Below, piece by piece: positions 1-16,199 of a stretch of DNA of 64,000 nt. The notes beneath the pieces are model-generated. The model saw only the letters and a program-made list of their open reading frames with translations, was not told the origin of the DNA and searched no databases. How positions within the stretch are numbered: the first letter of the stretch is position 1; the number at the start of each line of letters is the position of its first letter. This DNA comes from Eledone cirrhosa (Eukaryota), in NCBI GenBank assembly GCA_964016885.1, contig OZ024743.1:139748001-139812000 (forward strand), in the 5' to 3' direction. A program made the position numbers and the translations under genes.

Positions 1-1499
1 CACCAAACACCAGGCACCAAGCACCAAGCACGAAACACCATGCACCAAGCACCAAGCACCAAACACCAAACACCAAGCACCAAACACCAGCCACCAAGCA
101 CCAAGCAGCAAACACCAAACACCAAGCACTAAGCACCAAAAACCAAACAACAAACACCAGGCACCAAGCACCAAAAACCAAACACCAAGCACGCAGCACC
201 AAACACCAAGCACCAAGCACCAAACACCAAGCACCAAGCACCAAGCACCAAACACCAAACACCAAACACCAAGCACCAAGAACCAAACACCAAACACCAA
301 ACCCTAATCACCAAGCACCAAGCACAAAACACCAAGCACCAAGCAGCAAGCACCAAACACCAAGCACCAAGCACCAAGCACCAAACACCAAACACCAAGC
401 ACCAAGCACCAAACACCAAACCCCAAGCACCAAAGTCCAAGCACCAAGCACCAAGAACCAAACACCAAGCACCAAGCACCAAGCACCAAACACCAAGCAC
501 CAAGCACCAAACACCCAGCCCCAAGCACCAAGCACCAAACACCAAGCACCAAGCACCAAACACCAAGCACCAAACACCAAGCACCAAGCACCAAACAGCA
601 AGCACCAAACACCAAACAGCAAACATCAAACAGCAAACACCAAACACCTAACAGCAAACAGCAAACGCCAAACACCAAACACCAAGCACAAAACACCAAA
701 CACCTAGCACCAAGGACCAAACATCAAACACCAAGCACCAAACACCAAACACCAAACACCAAGCACCAAACACCAAACACCAGGCACCAAGCACCAAACA
801 CCAAGCGCCATGCACCAAACACCAAGCACCAAGCACGAAGCACCAAACACCAAGCACCAAGCACCAAACACTTAACACCAAGCACCAAGCACCAAGCACC
901 AAACACCAAGCACCAAACACTAAGCACCAAGCACCAAGTACATACACCAAGAACCAAACACAAAACACCAAGCACCAAGCAACAAGCATCAAACACCAAG
1001 CATCAAACACCATACACAAAGCACCAAGCACCGAAACACCAAACACCAAGAACCAAGCACCAAGCACCAAGCACAAACATCAAGCACCCAGCACCAAACA
1101 GCATGCACCAAGCACCAAGCACCAAACACAGAGCACCAAACACCAAACACCAAGCACCAAACACCAAACACCAAGCACCAAGCACCAAAACCCAAACACC
1201 AAGCACCAAGCACCAAACACCAAACACCAAACACCAGAAACCAAGCACCAAACACCAAACACCAAACACCAAGCACCAAGCACCAAACACCAAGCACCAA
1301 GCACCAAACAGCAAACCCCAAGCACCAAGCACCAAACACTAATCACCAAGCACCAAGCACCAAGCACCAAACACCAAGCACCAAGCACCAAGCACAAAAC
1401 ACCAAGCACCAAGCACCAAACACCGAACACCAAGCACCAATGACCAAGCACGAAGCACCACGCACCAAGCACCAAACAATAAGCACCAAGCACCAAGCA

Positions 1500-2265
1500 C
1501 CAAACACCAAGCACCAAACACCAAGCCCCAAGCACCAAGCACCAAACACCAAACACCAAGCACCAAGCACCAAACACCAAGCACCAAGCACCATGCACCT
1601 AGCACCAAACACCAAACACCAAGCACCAAGCACCAAACACCAAACACCAATCACCAAGCACCAAATACCAAGCAGCAAGCAGCAAGCACCAAACACCAAA
1701 CACCAAGCACCAAGCACCAAACACCAAGCACCAAGGACCAAACATCAAACACCAAGCACCAAGTACCAAACACCTAACACCAAGCACCAAGCACCAAGCA
1801 CCAAGCACCGAACACCAAGCACATAACACCAAGCACCAAACACCAAGCACCAAGCACCAAACACCAAGCACCAAACACCAAGCACCAAGCACCAAACACC
1901 AACCACCCAGCACCAAGCACCAAGCACCAAACACCAGGCACCAAACACTAAACACCAAACACCAAGCACCAAGCACCAAGCACCAAACACCAAGCACCAA
2001 GCACTAAGCACCAAACACCAAGCTCCAAGCACCAAGCACCAAACACCAAACACCAAGCACCAAGCACCAAACACCAAGCACCAAGCACCATGCACCTAGC
2101 ACCAAACACCAAACACCAAGCACCAAGCACCAAACACCAAGCACCAATCACCAAGCACCAAACACCAAGCAGCAAGCAGCAAGCACCAAACACCAAACAC
2201 CAAGCACCAAGCACCAAACACCAAGCTCCAAGGACCAAACATCAAACACCAAGCACCAAGCACCA
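1500..2265 (+). repeat. Short higher-order repeat, period 497 bp (71 units), partial
   Basis: The marker CACCATGCACCTAG and following variants occur at about 1590 and 2087; ORF ends at 1599/2096 and 1745/2242. Confidence 0.75.
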
Positions 2266-4309
2266 AGCACCAAGCACCAAACACCAAGCACCAAGCACCA
2301 AGCACCAAGCCCCAAGCAGCAAGCACCAAACACCAAGCAACAAGCACCAAACACCAAGCACCAAGCACCAATCACCAAGCACCAAACACCAAGCACCAAA
2401 AAATAAGCACCAAGCACCAAACACCAAGCACCAAGCACCAAACACCAACCACCCGGCACCAAGCACCAAGCACCAAACACCAAGCACCAAACACCAAACA
2501 CCAAGCACCAAGCACCATCGCCAAGCACCAAACACCAAGCACCAAGCACTAAGCACCAAACACCAAGCACCAAGCACCAAACACCAAGCACCAGGCACCA
2601 AGCACCAAACACCAAGCACCTAGCACCAAACACCAAACACCAAGCACCAAGCACCTAGCACCAAACACCAAACACCAAGCACCAAGCACCAAACACCAAG
2701 CACCAATCACCAAGCACCAAACACCAAGCAGCAAGCACCAAGCACAAAGCACCAAACACCAAGCACCAGGCACCAAGCACCAAACACCAAGCACCATGCA
2801 CCAAGCACCATGCCCCAAACACTTAACACCAAGCACCAAGCACCAAACACCAAGCACCAAAAACCAAACACCAAGCACCAACTACTAAACACCAAGCACC
2901 AAACACCAAACACCAAACATCAAACACCAAACACCAAACACCAAGCACCAAACACCAAGCACCAAGCACCAAACTCCAAACACCAAGCACCAAGCACCAA
3001 ACAACAAGCACCAAGCACCAAACACCAAACACCAAGCACGCAGCATCAAACACCAAGCACCAAGCACCAAGCACCAAACACCAAGCACCAAGCACCAAGC
3101 ACCAAACACCAAACAACAAGCACCAGGCCCCAAGCAGCAAACACGAAACACCAAGCACGCATCACCAAGCACCAAGCACCAAACACCAAACACCTAACAC
3201 CAAGCACCAAGAACCAAACACCAAACACCAAACAGCAAGCACCAAGCACCAAACACCAAGCACCAAACACCAAACACCAAGCACCAATCACAAAACACTA
3301 ATCACCAAGCACCAAGCACCAAACACCGAGCACCAAGCATCAAGCACCAAACACCAAGCACCAAGCACCAAGAACCAAGCACCAAACACCAAGCACCAAG
3401 CACCAAACACCAAACCCCAAGCACCAAGGACCAAGCAACAAACACCAAGCACCAAGCACCAAACACCCAGCACCAAGCACCAAGCACCAGGCACCAAGCA
3501 CCAAACACCAAACACCAAGCACGCAGCAACAAACAGCAAGCACCAAGCACCAAGCACCAAACACCAAGCACCAAGCACCATGCACCAAGTACCAAACACC
3601 AAACACCAAGCACCAAACACCAAACACCAGGCACCAAGCACCAAGCACGAAAGACCATGCACCAAGCACCAAGCACCAAACACCAAACACCAAGCACCAA
3701 ACACCAGCCACGAAGCACCAAGCAGCAAACACCAAACACCAAGCACTAAGCACCAAAAACCAAACAACAAGCACCAGGCACCAAGCACCAAAAACCAAAT
3801 ACCAAGCACGCAGCACCAAACACCAAGCACCAAGCACCAAGCACCAAACACCAAACAACAAGCACCAGGTACCAAGCACCAAACACCAAACACCAAGTAC
3901 CAAGCACCAAACACCAAACACCAAGCACCAAGCACCAAACACCAAGCACCAATCACCAAGCACCAAACACCAAGCAGCAAGCAGCAAGCACCAAACACCA
4001 AACACCAAGCACCAAGCACCAAACACCTAACACCAAGCACCAAGCACCAAGCACCAAGCACCGAACACCAAGCACCAAACACCAAGCACCAAACACCAAG
4101 CACCAAGCACCAAACACCAAGCACCAAACACCAAGCACCAAGCACCAAGCACCAAACACCAAGCACCAGGCACCAAGCACCAAACACCAAGCACCATGCA
4201 CCAAGCACCAAGCCCCAAACACTTAACACCAAGCACCAAGCACCAAAAACCAAACACCAAGCACCAACTACTAAACACCAAGCACCAAGCACCAAACACC
4301 AAGCACCAA

Positions 4310-5340
4310 GCACCAATCACCAAACACCAAGAACCAAGCACCAAACACCAAGCACCAAGGACCAAGCACCAGGCACCAAGCACAAAGCACCAAACACAAA
4401 ACACTAAGCACCAAACACAAAACACCAAGCACCAAGCACCAAGCAGCAAACACCAAGCATCAAACACCAAACACCAAACACCAAGCACCAAACACCAAGC
4501 ACCAAGCAGCAAACACCAAACACCAAGCACCAAGCACCAAGCACCAAACACCAAACACCAAGCACCAAACACCAAACAACAAGCACCAGGCACCAAGCAC
4601 CAAAAACCAAACACCAAGCACGCAGCATCAAACAGCAAGCACCAAGCACCAAGCACCAAACACCAAGCACCAAGCACCAAGCACCAAGTACCAAACACCA
4701 AACACCAAGCACCAAACACCAAACACCAGGCACCAAGCACCAAGCACGAAACACCATGCACCAAGCACCAAGCACCAAACACCAAACACCAAGCACCAAA
4801 AACCAGCCACCAAGCACCAAGCAGCAAACACCAAACACCAAGCACTAAGCACCAAAAACCAAACAACAAACACCAGGCACCAAGCACCAAAAACCAAACA
4901 CCAAGCACGCAGCACCAAACTCCAAGCACCAAGCACCAAACACCAAGCACCAAGCACCAAGCACCAAACACCAAACACCAAACACCAAGCACCAAGAACC
5001 AAACACCAAACACCAAACCCTAATCACCAAGCACCAGGCACAAAACACCAAGCACCAAGCAGCAAGCACCAAACACCAAGCACCAAGCACCAATCACCAA
5101 ACACCAAGAACCAAGAACCAAACACCAAGCACCAAGGACCAAGCACCAGGCACCAAGCACAAAGCACCAAACACAAAACACTAAGCACCAAACACAAAAC
5201 ACCAAGCACCAAGCACCAAGCAGCAAACACCAAGCATCAAACACCAAACACCAAACACCAAGCACCAAACACCAAGCACCAAGCAGCAAACACCAAACAC
5301 CAAGCACCAAGCACCAAGCACCAAACACCAAACACCAAGC
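4310..5340 (+). repeat. Module of about 250 bp repeated at offset 777 bp (111 units)
   Basis: The series GACCAAG-CACCAGG-CACAAAG-CACAAAA-CACTAAG occurs at about 4360-4410 and 5137-5187, with related copies near 28920 and 29435. Confidence 0.75.
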
Positions 5341-5612
5341 ACCAAACACCAAACACCAAGCACCAAGCACCAAACACCAAACAACAAGCACCAGGCACCA
5401 AGCATCAAGCACCAAACACCAAACACCAAGCACCAAACACCAGCCACCAAGCACCAAGCAGCAAACACCAAACACCAAGCACTAAGCACCAAAAACCAAA
5501 CGACAAACACCAGGCACCAAGCACCAAAAACCAAACACCAAGCACGCAGCACCAAACACCAAGCACCAAGCACCAAACACCAAACACCAAACACCAAGCA
5601 CCAAGAACCAAA

Positions 5613-8600
5613 CACCAAACACCAAAACCTAAACACCAAGCACCAAGCACCAAACACCAAACACCAAACACCAGAAACCAAGCACCAAACACCAAACACC
5701 AAACACCAAGCACCAAGCACCAAACACCAAGCACCAAGCACCAAACAGCAAACCCCAAGCACCAAGCACCAAACACCACACAACAAGCACCAAACACCAA
5801 GAACCAGGCACCAAGCACCAAGCACCAAACACAAAAAACCAAGCACCAAACACCAAACACCAAGCACTAAGCACCAAGCACCAAGCACCAAACTCCAAGC
5901 ACCCAGCAGCAAACACCAAACACCAAGCACCAAACACCAAACAACAAGCACCAGGTACCAAGCACCAAACACCAAAAACCAAGCACCAAGCACCAAACAC
6001 CAAGCACCAAGCACCAAGCACCAAACACCAAACACCAAACACCAAACAGCAAAAACCAAATACGAAACAGCAAACACCATACAGCAAACACCAAACACCA
6101 AAAAGCAGACAACAAACAGCTAACACCAAACACCAAACATCAGACACCAAACACCAAGCACCAAGCACCAACCACCAAACCCCAAGCACCAATCAACAAA
6201 CACTAATCACGAAGCACCAAGCACCAAACACCAAGCACCAAGCACCAAGCACCAAACACCAAGCACCAAGCACCAAGCACAAAACACCAAGCACCAAACA
6301 ACAAGCACCAAGCACCAAGCACCAAACACCAAGCACCAAGCACCAAACACCAACCACCCAGCACCAAACACCAAGCACCAAGTACCAAACACCAAACACC
6401 AAGCACCAAACACCAAACACCAAACACCAAGCACCAAGCACCTAGCACGAAACACCATGCACCAAGCACCAAGCACCAAACACCAAACACCAAGCACCAA
6501 ACACCAGCCACGAAGCACCAAGCACCAAACACCAAACACCAAGCACTAAGCACCAAAAACCAAACAACAAGCACCAGGCACCAAGCAGCAAACACCAAGC
6601 ATCAAACACCAAACACCAAACACCAAGCACCAAACACCAAGCACCAAGCAGCAAACACCAAACACCAAGCACCAAGCACCAAGCACCAAACACCAAACAC
6701 CAAGCACCAAACACCAAACACCAAGCACCAAGCACCAAACACCAAACAACAAGCACCAGGCACCAAGCACCAAACACCAAACACCAAGCACGCAGCATCA
6801 AACAGCAAGCACCAAGCACCAAGCACCAAACACCAAGCACCAAGCACCAAGCACCAAGTACCAAACACCAAACACCAAGCACCAAACACCAAACACCAGG
6901 CACCAAGCACCAAGCACGAAACACCATGCACCAAGCACCAAGCACCAAACACCAAACACCAAGCACCAAACACCAGCCACCAAGCACCAAGCAGCAAACA
7001 CCAAACACCAAGCACTAAGCACCAAAAACCAAACAACAAACACCAGGCACCAAGCACCAAAAACCAAACACCAAGCACGCAGCACCAAACACCAAGCACC
7101 AAGCACCAAACACCAAGCACCAAGCACCAAGCACCAAACACCAAACACCAAACACCAAGCACCAAGAACCAAACACCAAACACCAAACCCTAATCACCAA
7201 GCACCAAGCACAAAACACCAAGCACCAAGCAGCAAGCACCAAACACCAAGCACCAAGCACCAAGCACCAAACACCAAACACCAAGCACCAAGCACCAAAC
7301 ACCAAACCCCAAGCACCAAAGTCCAAGCACCAAGCACCAAGAACCAAACACCAAGCACCAAGCACCAAGCACCAAACACCAAGCACCAAGCACCAAACAC
7401 CCAGCCCCAAGCACCAAGCACCAAACACCAAGCACCAAGCACCAAACACCAAGCACCAAACACCAAGCACCAAGCACCAAACAGCAAGCACCAAACACCA
7501 AACAGCAAACATCAAACAGCAAACACCAAACACCTAACAGCAAACAGCAAACGCCAAACACCAAACACCAAGCACAAAACACCAAACACCTAGCACCAAG
7601 GACCAAACATCAAACACCAAGCACCAAACACCAAACACCAAACACCAAGCACCAAACACCAAACACCAGGCACCAAGCACCAAACACCAAGCGCCATGCA
7701 CCAAACACCAAGCACCAAGCACGAAGCACCAAACACCAAGCACCAAGCACCAAACACTTAACACCAAGCACCAAGCACCAAGCACCAAACACCAAGCACC
7801 AAACACTAAGCACCAAGCACCAAGTACATACACCAAGAACCAAACACAAAACACCAAGCACCAAGCAACAAGCATCAAACACCAAGCATCAAACACCATA
7901 CACAAAGCACCAAGCACCGAAACACCAAACACCAAGAACCAAGCACCAAGCACCAAGCACAAACATCAAGCACCCAGCACCAAACAGCATGCACCAAGCA
8001 CCAAGCACCAAACACAGAGCACCAAACACCAAACACCAAGCACCAAACACCAAACACCAAGCACCAAGCACCAAAACCCAAACACCAAGCACCAAGCACC
8101 AAACACCAAACACCAAACACCAGAAACCAAGCACCAAACACCAAACACCAAACACCAAGCACCAAGCACCAAACACCAAGCACCAAGCACCAAACAGCAA
8201 ACCCCAAGCACCAAGCACCAAACACTAATCACCAAGCACCAAGCACCACACAACAAGCACCAAACACCAAGAACCAGGCACCAAGCACCAAGCACCAAAC
8301 ACAAAACACCAAGCACCAAACACCAAACACCAAGCACTAAGCACCAAGCACCAAGCACCAAACTCCAAGCACCCAGCAGCAAACACCAAACACCAAGCAC
8401 CAAACACCAAACAACAAGCACCAGGTACCAAGCACCAAACTCCAAAAACCAAGCACCAAGCACCAAACACCAAGCACCAAGCACCAAGCACCAAACACCA
8501 AACACCAAACACCAAACAGCAAAAACCAAATACGAAACAGCAAACACCATACAACAAACACCAAACACCAAAAAGCAGACACCAAACAGCTAACACCAAA

Positions 8601-11600
8601 CACCAAACACCAGACACCAAACACCAAGCACCAAGCACCAACCACCAAACCCCAAGCACCAATCAACAAACACTAATCACGAAGCACCAAGCACCAAACA
8701 CCAAGCACCAAGCACCAAGCACCAAACACCAAGCACCAAGCACCAAGCACAAAACACCAAGCACCAAACAACAAGCACCAAGCACCAAGCACCAAACACC
8801 AAGCACCAAGCACCAAACACCAACCACCCAGCACCAAACACCAAGCACCAAGTACCAAACACCAAACACCAAGCACCAAACACCAAACACCAAGCACCAA
8901 GCACCTAGCACGAAACACCATGCACCAAGCACCAAGCACCAAACACCAAACACCAAGCACCAAACACCAGCCACCAAGCACCAAGCACCAAACACCAAGC
9001 ACTAAGCACCAAAAACCAAACAACAAGCACCAGGCACCAAGCACCAAACACCAAACACCAAGCACGCAGCACCAAACACCAAGCACCAAGCACCAAGCAC
9101 CAAACACCAAGCACCAAGCACCAAGCACCAAATACCAAACACCAAGCACCAAGAACCAAACACCAAACACCAAACAGCAAGCACCAAGCACCAAACACCA
9201 AGCACCAAACACCAAACCCCAAGCACCAATCACCAAACACTAATCACCAAGCACCAAGCACCAAACGCCAAGCTCCAAGCAGCAAGCACCAAACACCAAG
9301 CACCAAGCACCAAGCACCAAACACCAAGCACCAAACACCAAACACCAAACCCCAAGCACCAAAGACCAAGCACCAAGCACCAAGCACCAAGCACCAAACA
9401 CCAAGCACCAAGCACCAAACACCAAAACCTAAACACCAAGCACCAAGCACCAAACACCAAACACCAAACACCAGAAACCAAGCTCCAAACACCAAACACC
9501 AAACACCAAGCACCAAGCACCAAACACCAAGCACCAAGCACCAAACAGCAAACCCCAAGCACCAAGCACCAAACACCACACAACAAGCACCAAACACCAA
9601 GAACCAGGCACCAAGCACCAAGCACCAAACACAAAAAACCAAGCACCAAACACCAAACACCAAGCACTAAGCACCAAGCACCAAGCACCAAACTCCAAGC
9701 ACCCAGCAGCAAACACCAAACACCAAGCACCAAACACCAAACAACAAGCACCAGGTACCAAGCACCAAACACCAAAAACCAAGCACCAAGCACCAAACAC
9801 CAAGCACCAAGCACCAAGCACCAAACACCAAACACCAAACACCAAACAGCAAAAACCAAATACGAAACAGCAAACACCATACAGCAAACACCAAACACCA
9901 AAAAGCAGACAACAAACAGCTAACACCAAACACCAAACACCAGTCACCAAACACCAAGCACCAAGCACCAACCACCAAACCCCAAGCACCAATCAACAAA
10001 CACTAATCACGAAGCACCAAGCACCAAACACCAAGCACCAAGCACCAAGCACCAAACACCAAGCACCAAGCACCAAGCACAAAACACCAAGCACCAAACA
10101 ACAAGCACCAAGCACCAAGCACCAAACACCAAGCACCAAGCACCAAACACCAACCACCCAGCACCAAACACCAAGCACCAAGTACCAAACACCAAACACC
10201 AAGCACCAAACACCAAACACCAAACACCAAGCACCAAGCACCTAGCACGAAACACCATGCACCAAGCACCAAGCACCAAACACCAAACACCAAGCACCAA
10301 ACACCAGCCACCAAGCACCAAGCACCAAACACCAAACACCAAGCACTAAGCACCAAAAACCAAACAACAAGCACCAGGCACCAAGCAGCAAACACCAAGC
10401 ATCAAACACCAAACACCAAACACCAAGCACCAAACACCAAGCACCAAGCAGCAAACACCAAACACCAAGCACCAAGCACCAAGCACCAAACACGAAACAC
10501 CAAGCACCAAACACCAAACACCAAGCACCAAGCACCAAACACCAAACAACAAGCACCAGGCACCAAGCACCAAACACCAAACACCAAGCACGCAGCATCA
10601 AACAGCAAGCACCAAGCACCAAGCACCAAACACCAAGCACCAAGCACCAAGCACCAAGTACCAAACACCAAACACCAAGCACCAAACACCAAACACCAGG
10701 CACCAAGCACCAAGCACGAAACACCATGCACCAAGCACCAAGCACCAAACACCAAACACCAAGCACCAAACACCAGCCACCAAGCACCAAGCAGCAAACA
10801 CCAAACACCAAGCACTAAGCACCAAAAACCAAACAACAAACACCAGGCACCAAGCACCAAAAACCAAACACCAAGCACGCAGCACCAAACACCAAGCACC
10901 AAGCACCAAACACCAAGCACCAAGCACCAAGCACCAAACACCAAACACCAAACACCAAGCACCAAGAACCAAACACCAAACACCAAACCCTAATCACCAA
11001 GCACCAAGCACAAAACACCAAGCACCAAGCAGCAAGCACCAAACACCAAGCACCAAGCACCAAGCACCAAGCACCAAACACCAAGCACCAAGCACCAAAC
11101 ACCAAACCCCAAGCACCAAAGACCAAGCACCAAGCACCAAGAACCAAACACCAAGCACCAAGCACCAAGCACCAAACACCAAGCACCAAGCACCAAACAC
11201 CCAGCCCCAAGCACCAAGCACCAAACACCAAGCACCAAGCACCAAACACCAAGCACCAAACACCAAGCACCAAGCACCAAACAGCAAGCACCAAACACCA
11301 AACAGCAAACATCAAACAGCAAACACCAAACACCTAACAGCAAACAGCAAACGCCAAACACCAAGCACCAAGCACCAAGCAGCAAACACCAAGCACCAAG
11401 CACCAAGCACAAAACACCAAACACCTAGCACCAAGGACCAAACATCAAACACCAAGCACCAAACACCAAACACCAAACACCAAGCACCAAACACCAAACA
11501 CCAGGCACCAAGCACCAAACACCAAGCGCCATGCACCAAACACCAAGCACCAAGCACGAAGCACCAAACACCAAGCACCAAGCACCAAACACTTAACACC

Positions 11601-13050
11601 AAGCACCAAGCACCAAGCACCAAACACCAAGCACCAAACACTAAGCACCAAGCACCAAGTACATACACCAAGAACCAAACACAAAACACCAAGCACCAAG
11701 CAACAAGCATCAAACACCAAGCATCAAACACCATACACAAAGCACCAAGCACCGAAACACCAAACACCAAGCACCAAGCACCAAGCACCAAGCACAAACA
11801 TCAAGCACCCAGCACCAAACACCATGCACCAAGCACCAAGCACCAAACACAGAGCACCAAACACCAAACACCAAGCACCAAACACCAAACACCAAGCACC
11901 AAGCACCAAAACCCAAACACCAAGCACCAAGCACCAAACACCAAACACCAAACACCAGAAACCAAGCACCAAACACCAAACACCAAACACCAAGCACCAA
12001 GCACCAAACACCAAGCACCAAGCACCAAACAGCAAACCCCAAGCACCAAGCACCAAACACTAATCACCAAGCACCAAGCACCACACAACAAGCACCAAAC
12101 ACCAAGAACCAGGCACCAAGCACCAAGCACCAAACACAAAACACCAAGCACCAAACACCAAACACCAAGCACTAAGCACCAAGCACCAAGCACCAAACTC
12201 CAAGCACCCAGCAGCAAACACCAAACACCAAGCACCAAACACCAAACAACAAGCACCAGGTACCAAGCACCAAACTCCAAAGACCAAGCACCAAGCACCA
12301 AACACCAAGCACCAAGCACCAAGCACCAAACACCAAACACCAAACACCAAACAGCAAAAACCAAATACGAAACAGCAAACACCATACAACAAACACCAAA
12401 CACCAAAAAGCAGACACCAAACAGCTAACACCAAACACCAAACACCAGACACCAAACACCAAGCACCAAGCACCAACCACCAAACCCCAAGCACCAATCA
12501 ACAAACACTAATCACGAAGCACCAAGCACCAAACACCAAGCACCAAGCACCAAGCACCAAACACCAAGCACCAAGCACCAAGCACAAAACACCAAGCACC
12601 AAACAACAAGCACCAAGCACCAAGCACCAAACACCAAGCACCAAGCACCAAACACCAACCACCCAGCACCAAACACCAAGCACCAAGTACCAAACACCAA
12701 ACACCAAGCACCAAACACCAAACACCAAGCACCAAGCACCTAGCACGAAACACCATGCACCAAGCACCAAGCACCAAACACCAAACACCAAGCACCAAAC
12801 ACCAGCCACCAAGCACCAAGCACCAAACACCAAGCACTAAGCACCAAAAACCAAACCCCAAGCACCAATCACCAAACACTAATCACCAAGCACCAAGCAC
12901 CAAACGCCAAGCACCAAGCAGCAAGCACCAAACACCAAGCACCAAGCACCAAGCACCAAACACCAAGCACGAAACACCAAACACCAAACCCCAAGCACCA
13001 AAGACCAAGCACCAAGCACCAAGCACCAAGCACCAAACACCAAGCACCAA
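5613..13050 (+). repeat. Tandem duplication, period 3800/3835 bp (5613-9412 and 9413-about 13050)
   Basis: Offset 3800 (5629/9429, 6442/10242, 7015/10815), then 3835 after a 5-unit gain near 11370 (7989/11824, 8663/12498). The second copy lacks 196 bp (28 units) near 12856. Confidence 0.9.
5630..9030 (+). repeat. Block of about 0.95 kb repeated at offset about 2470 inside the 3.8-kb unit
   Basis: The marker TACGAAA...AAGCAGA...CAGCTAA occurs at about 6061-6123 and 8531-8593; ORF ends at 5867/8337 and 6193/8663. Confidence 0.85.
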
Positions 13051-16000
13051 GCACCAAACACCAAACACCAAACACCAAGCACCAAGCACCAAACAGCAAG
13101 CACCAAACACCAAACACCAAACAGCAAACATCAAACAGCAAACACCAAACAGCAAACAGCAAACAGCAAACGCCAAACACCAAGCACCAAGCACCAAGCA
13201 CCAAACACCAAGCACCAACACCAAGCACAAAACACCAAACACCAAGCACCAAGGACCAAACATCAAACACCAAGCACCAAGCACCTAGCACAAAGCACCG
13301 AACACCAAGCACCAAACACCAAGCACCAAGCACGAAGCACCAAACACGAAGCACCAAGCACCAAACACTTAACACCAAGCACCAAGCACCAAGCACCTAA
13401 CACCAAGCACCAAACACCAAACACCAAGCACCAAGTACCAAACACCAAGCACCAAGCACCAAACACCAAGCACCAAGCACCAATCACCAAACACCAAGAA
13501 CCAAGCACCAAACACCAAGCACCAAGCACATACACCAAGAACCAAGCACCAAACACCAAACACCAAACACCAAGCACAAAGCACCAAACACCAAGCACCA
13601 AGCACCAAACAGCAAACCCCAAGCACCAAACACAAAACACCAAGCACCAAGCAACAAGCATCAAACACCAAGTATCAAACACCAAACAACAAGCACCAAG
13701 CACCAAACACCAAACACCAAGCACCAAGCACCAAGCACCAAGCACAAACATCAAGCACCCAGCACCAAACACCAAGCACCAAGCACCAAGCACCAAACAC
13801 CAAGCACCAAACACCAAACACCAAGCACCAAACACCAAACACCAAGCACCAAGCACCAAAACCCAAACACCAAGCACCAAGCACCAAACACCAAACACCA
13901 AACACCAGAAACCAAGCACCAAACACCAAACACCAAACACCAAGCACAAAGCACCAAACACCAAGCACCAAGCACCAAACAGCAAACCCCAAGCACCAAG
14001 CACCAAACACTAATCACCAAGCAACAAGCACCACACAACAAGCACCAAGCACCAAGAACCAGGCACCAAGCACCAAGCACCAAACACAAAACACCAAGCA
14101 CGAAGCACCAAGTAGCACACACCAAGCATCAAACACCAAACACCAAACACCAAGCACCAAACACCAAACACCAAGTCCTAAGCACCAAGCACCAAGCACC
14201 AAACTCCAAGCACCCAGCACCAAACACCAAACACCAAGCACCAAGCACCAAACACCAAACACCAAGCACCAAGCACCAAGCACCAAACACCAAACACCAA
14301 ACACCAAACACCAAGCACCAAACACCAAGCACCAAGCACCAAACAACAAGCACCAAGCACCAAGCACCAAACACCAAGCACCAAGCACCAAGCACCAAAC
14401 ACCAAGCACCAAGCACCAACCACCAAACCCCAAGCACCAAGCAACAAACACTAATCACCAAGTACCAAGCACCAAACACCAAGCACCAAGCACCAAACAC
14501 CAAGCACCAAACACCAAGCACCAACCACCAAACAACAAGCACCAAGCACCAAGCACCAAACACCAAGCACCAAGCACCAAACACCAACCACCCAGCACCA
14601 AGCCCCAAGCACCAAGCACCAAACACCAAACACCAAGCACCAAGCACCAACCACCAAACCCCAAGCACCAATCAACAAACACTAATCACCAAGCACCAAG
14701 CACCAAACACCAAGCACCAAGCACCAAGCACCAAACACCAAGCACCAAGCACCAAGCACCAAACACCAAGCACCAAACACCAAACACCAAGCACCAAGCA
14801 CCAAACACCAAACACCAAGCACCAAGCACCAAGCACCAAACACCAAACAACAAGCACCAAACACCAAACACCAAGCACCAAAAACCAAACACCAAGCACC
14901 AAGGACCCAACATCAAACACCAAGCACCAAGCACCAAACACCAAACACCAAGCACCAAGCACCAAGCACCAAGCACCGAACACCAAGCCACAAACACCAA
15001 GCACCAAACACCAAGCCCCAAACACCAAACACCAAGTCCCACGCACCAAGCACCAAACACCAAACAGCAAGCACCAAGCACCAAACACCAAACAACAAGC
15101 ACCAGGCACCAAGCACCAAACACCAAACACCAAGCACCAAGCACCAAACACCAAACACCAAGCACGCAGCATCAAACACCAAGCACCAAGCGCCAAGCAC
15201 CAAACACCAATCACCAAGCACCAAGCACCAAGTACCAAACACCAACCACCAAGCACCAAACACCAAACACCAAGCACCAAACACCAAGCACGAAACACCA
15301 GGCACCAAGCACCAAACACCAAACACCAAGCACCAAACACCAGCCACCAAGCACCAAGCACCAAACTCCAAACACCAAGCACTAAACACCAAACACCAAA
15401 CAACAAGCAGCAGGCACCAAGCACCAAACACCAAACACCAAGCACGCAACACCAAACACCAAGCACCAAGCACCAAACACCAATCACCTAGCACCAAGCA
15501 CCAAACACCAAACACCAAACACTAATCACCAAGCACCAAGCACCAAACACCAAGCACCAAGCAGCAAGCACCAAACACCAAGCACCAAGCACCAAACACC
15601 AAGCACCAAGCACCAAACAGCAAGCACCAAATACCAAGCACCAAACACCAAGCACCAAACACCAAGCACCAAGCACCAAACACCAAGCACCAAGCACGAA
15701 GCCCCTAGCACCAAACACCAAACACCAATCAAAAAGCACAAAACACCAAGCACCAATCACCAAGCACCAAACACCAAGCAGCAAGCAGCAAGCACCAAAC
15801 ACCAAACACCAAGCACCAAGCACCACATACCAAACACCAAGCACCAAGGTCCAAACATCAAACAACAAGAACCAGGCACCAAGCACCAAACACAAAAACA
15901 CCAAGCACCAAGCACCAAACACCAAACACCAAGCACGCAGCATCAAACACCAAGCACCAAGCACCAAGCACCAAAGACCAAGCACCAAGCACCAAGTACC

Positions 16001-16199
16001 AAACACCAAACACCAAGCACCAAACACCAAACACCAAGCACCAAGCACCAAGCACGAAACACCAGGCACCAAGCACCAAGCACAAAACACCAAACACCAA
16101 GCACCAAACACCAGCCACCAAGCACCAAGTATCAAACACCAAACACCAAGCACTATGCACCAAACACCAAACAACAAGCACCAGGCACCAAGCACCAAG

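Larger units (their letters stand above)
1..8248 (+). repeat. Direct repeat 1-1362 = 6887-8248 (offset 6886); the first copy probably extends left of the window
   Basis: Identical ORF translations at 129/7015, 304/7190, 648/7534 and 1103/7989. The match ends at 1362/8248. Confidence 0.92.
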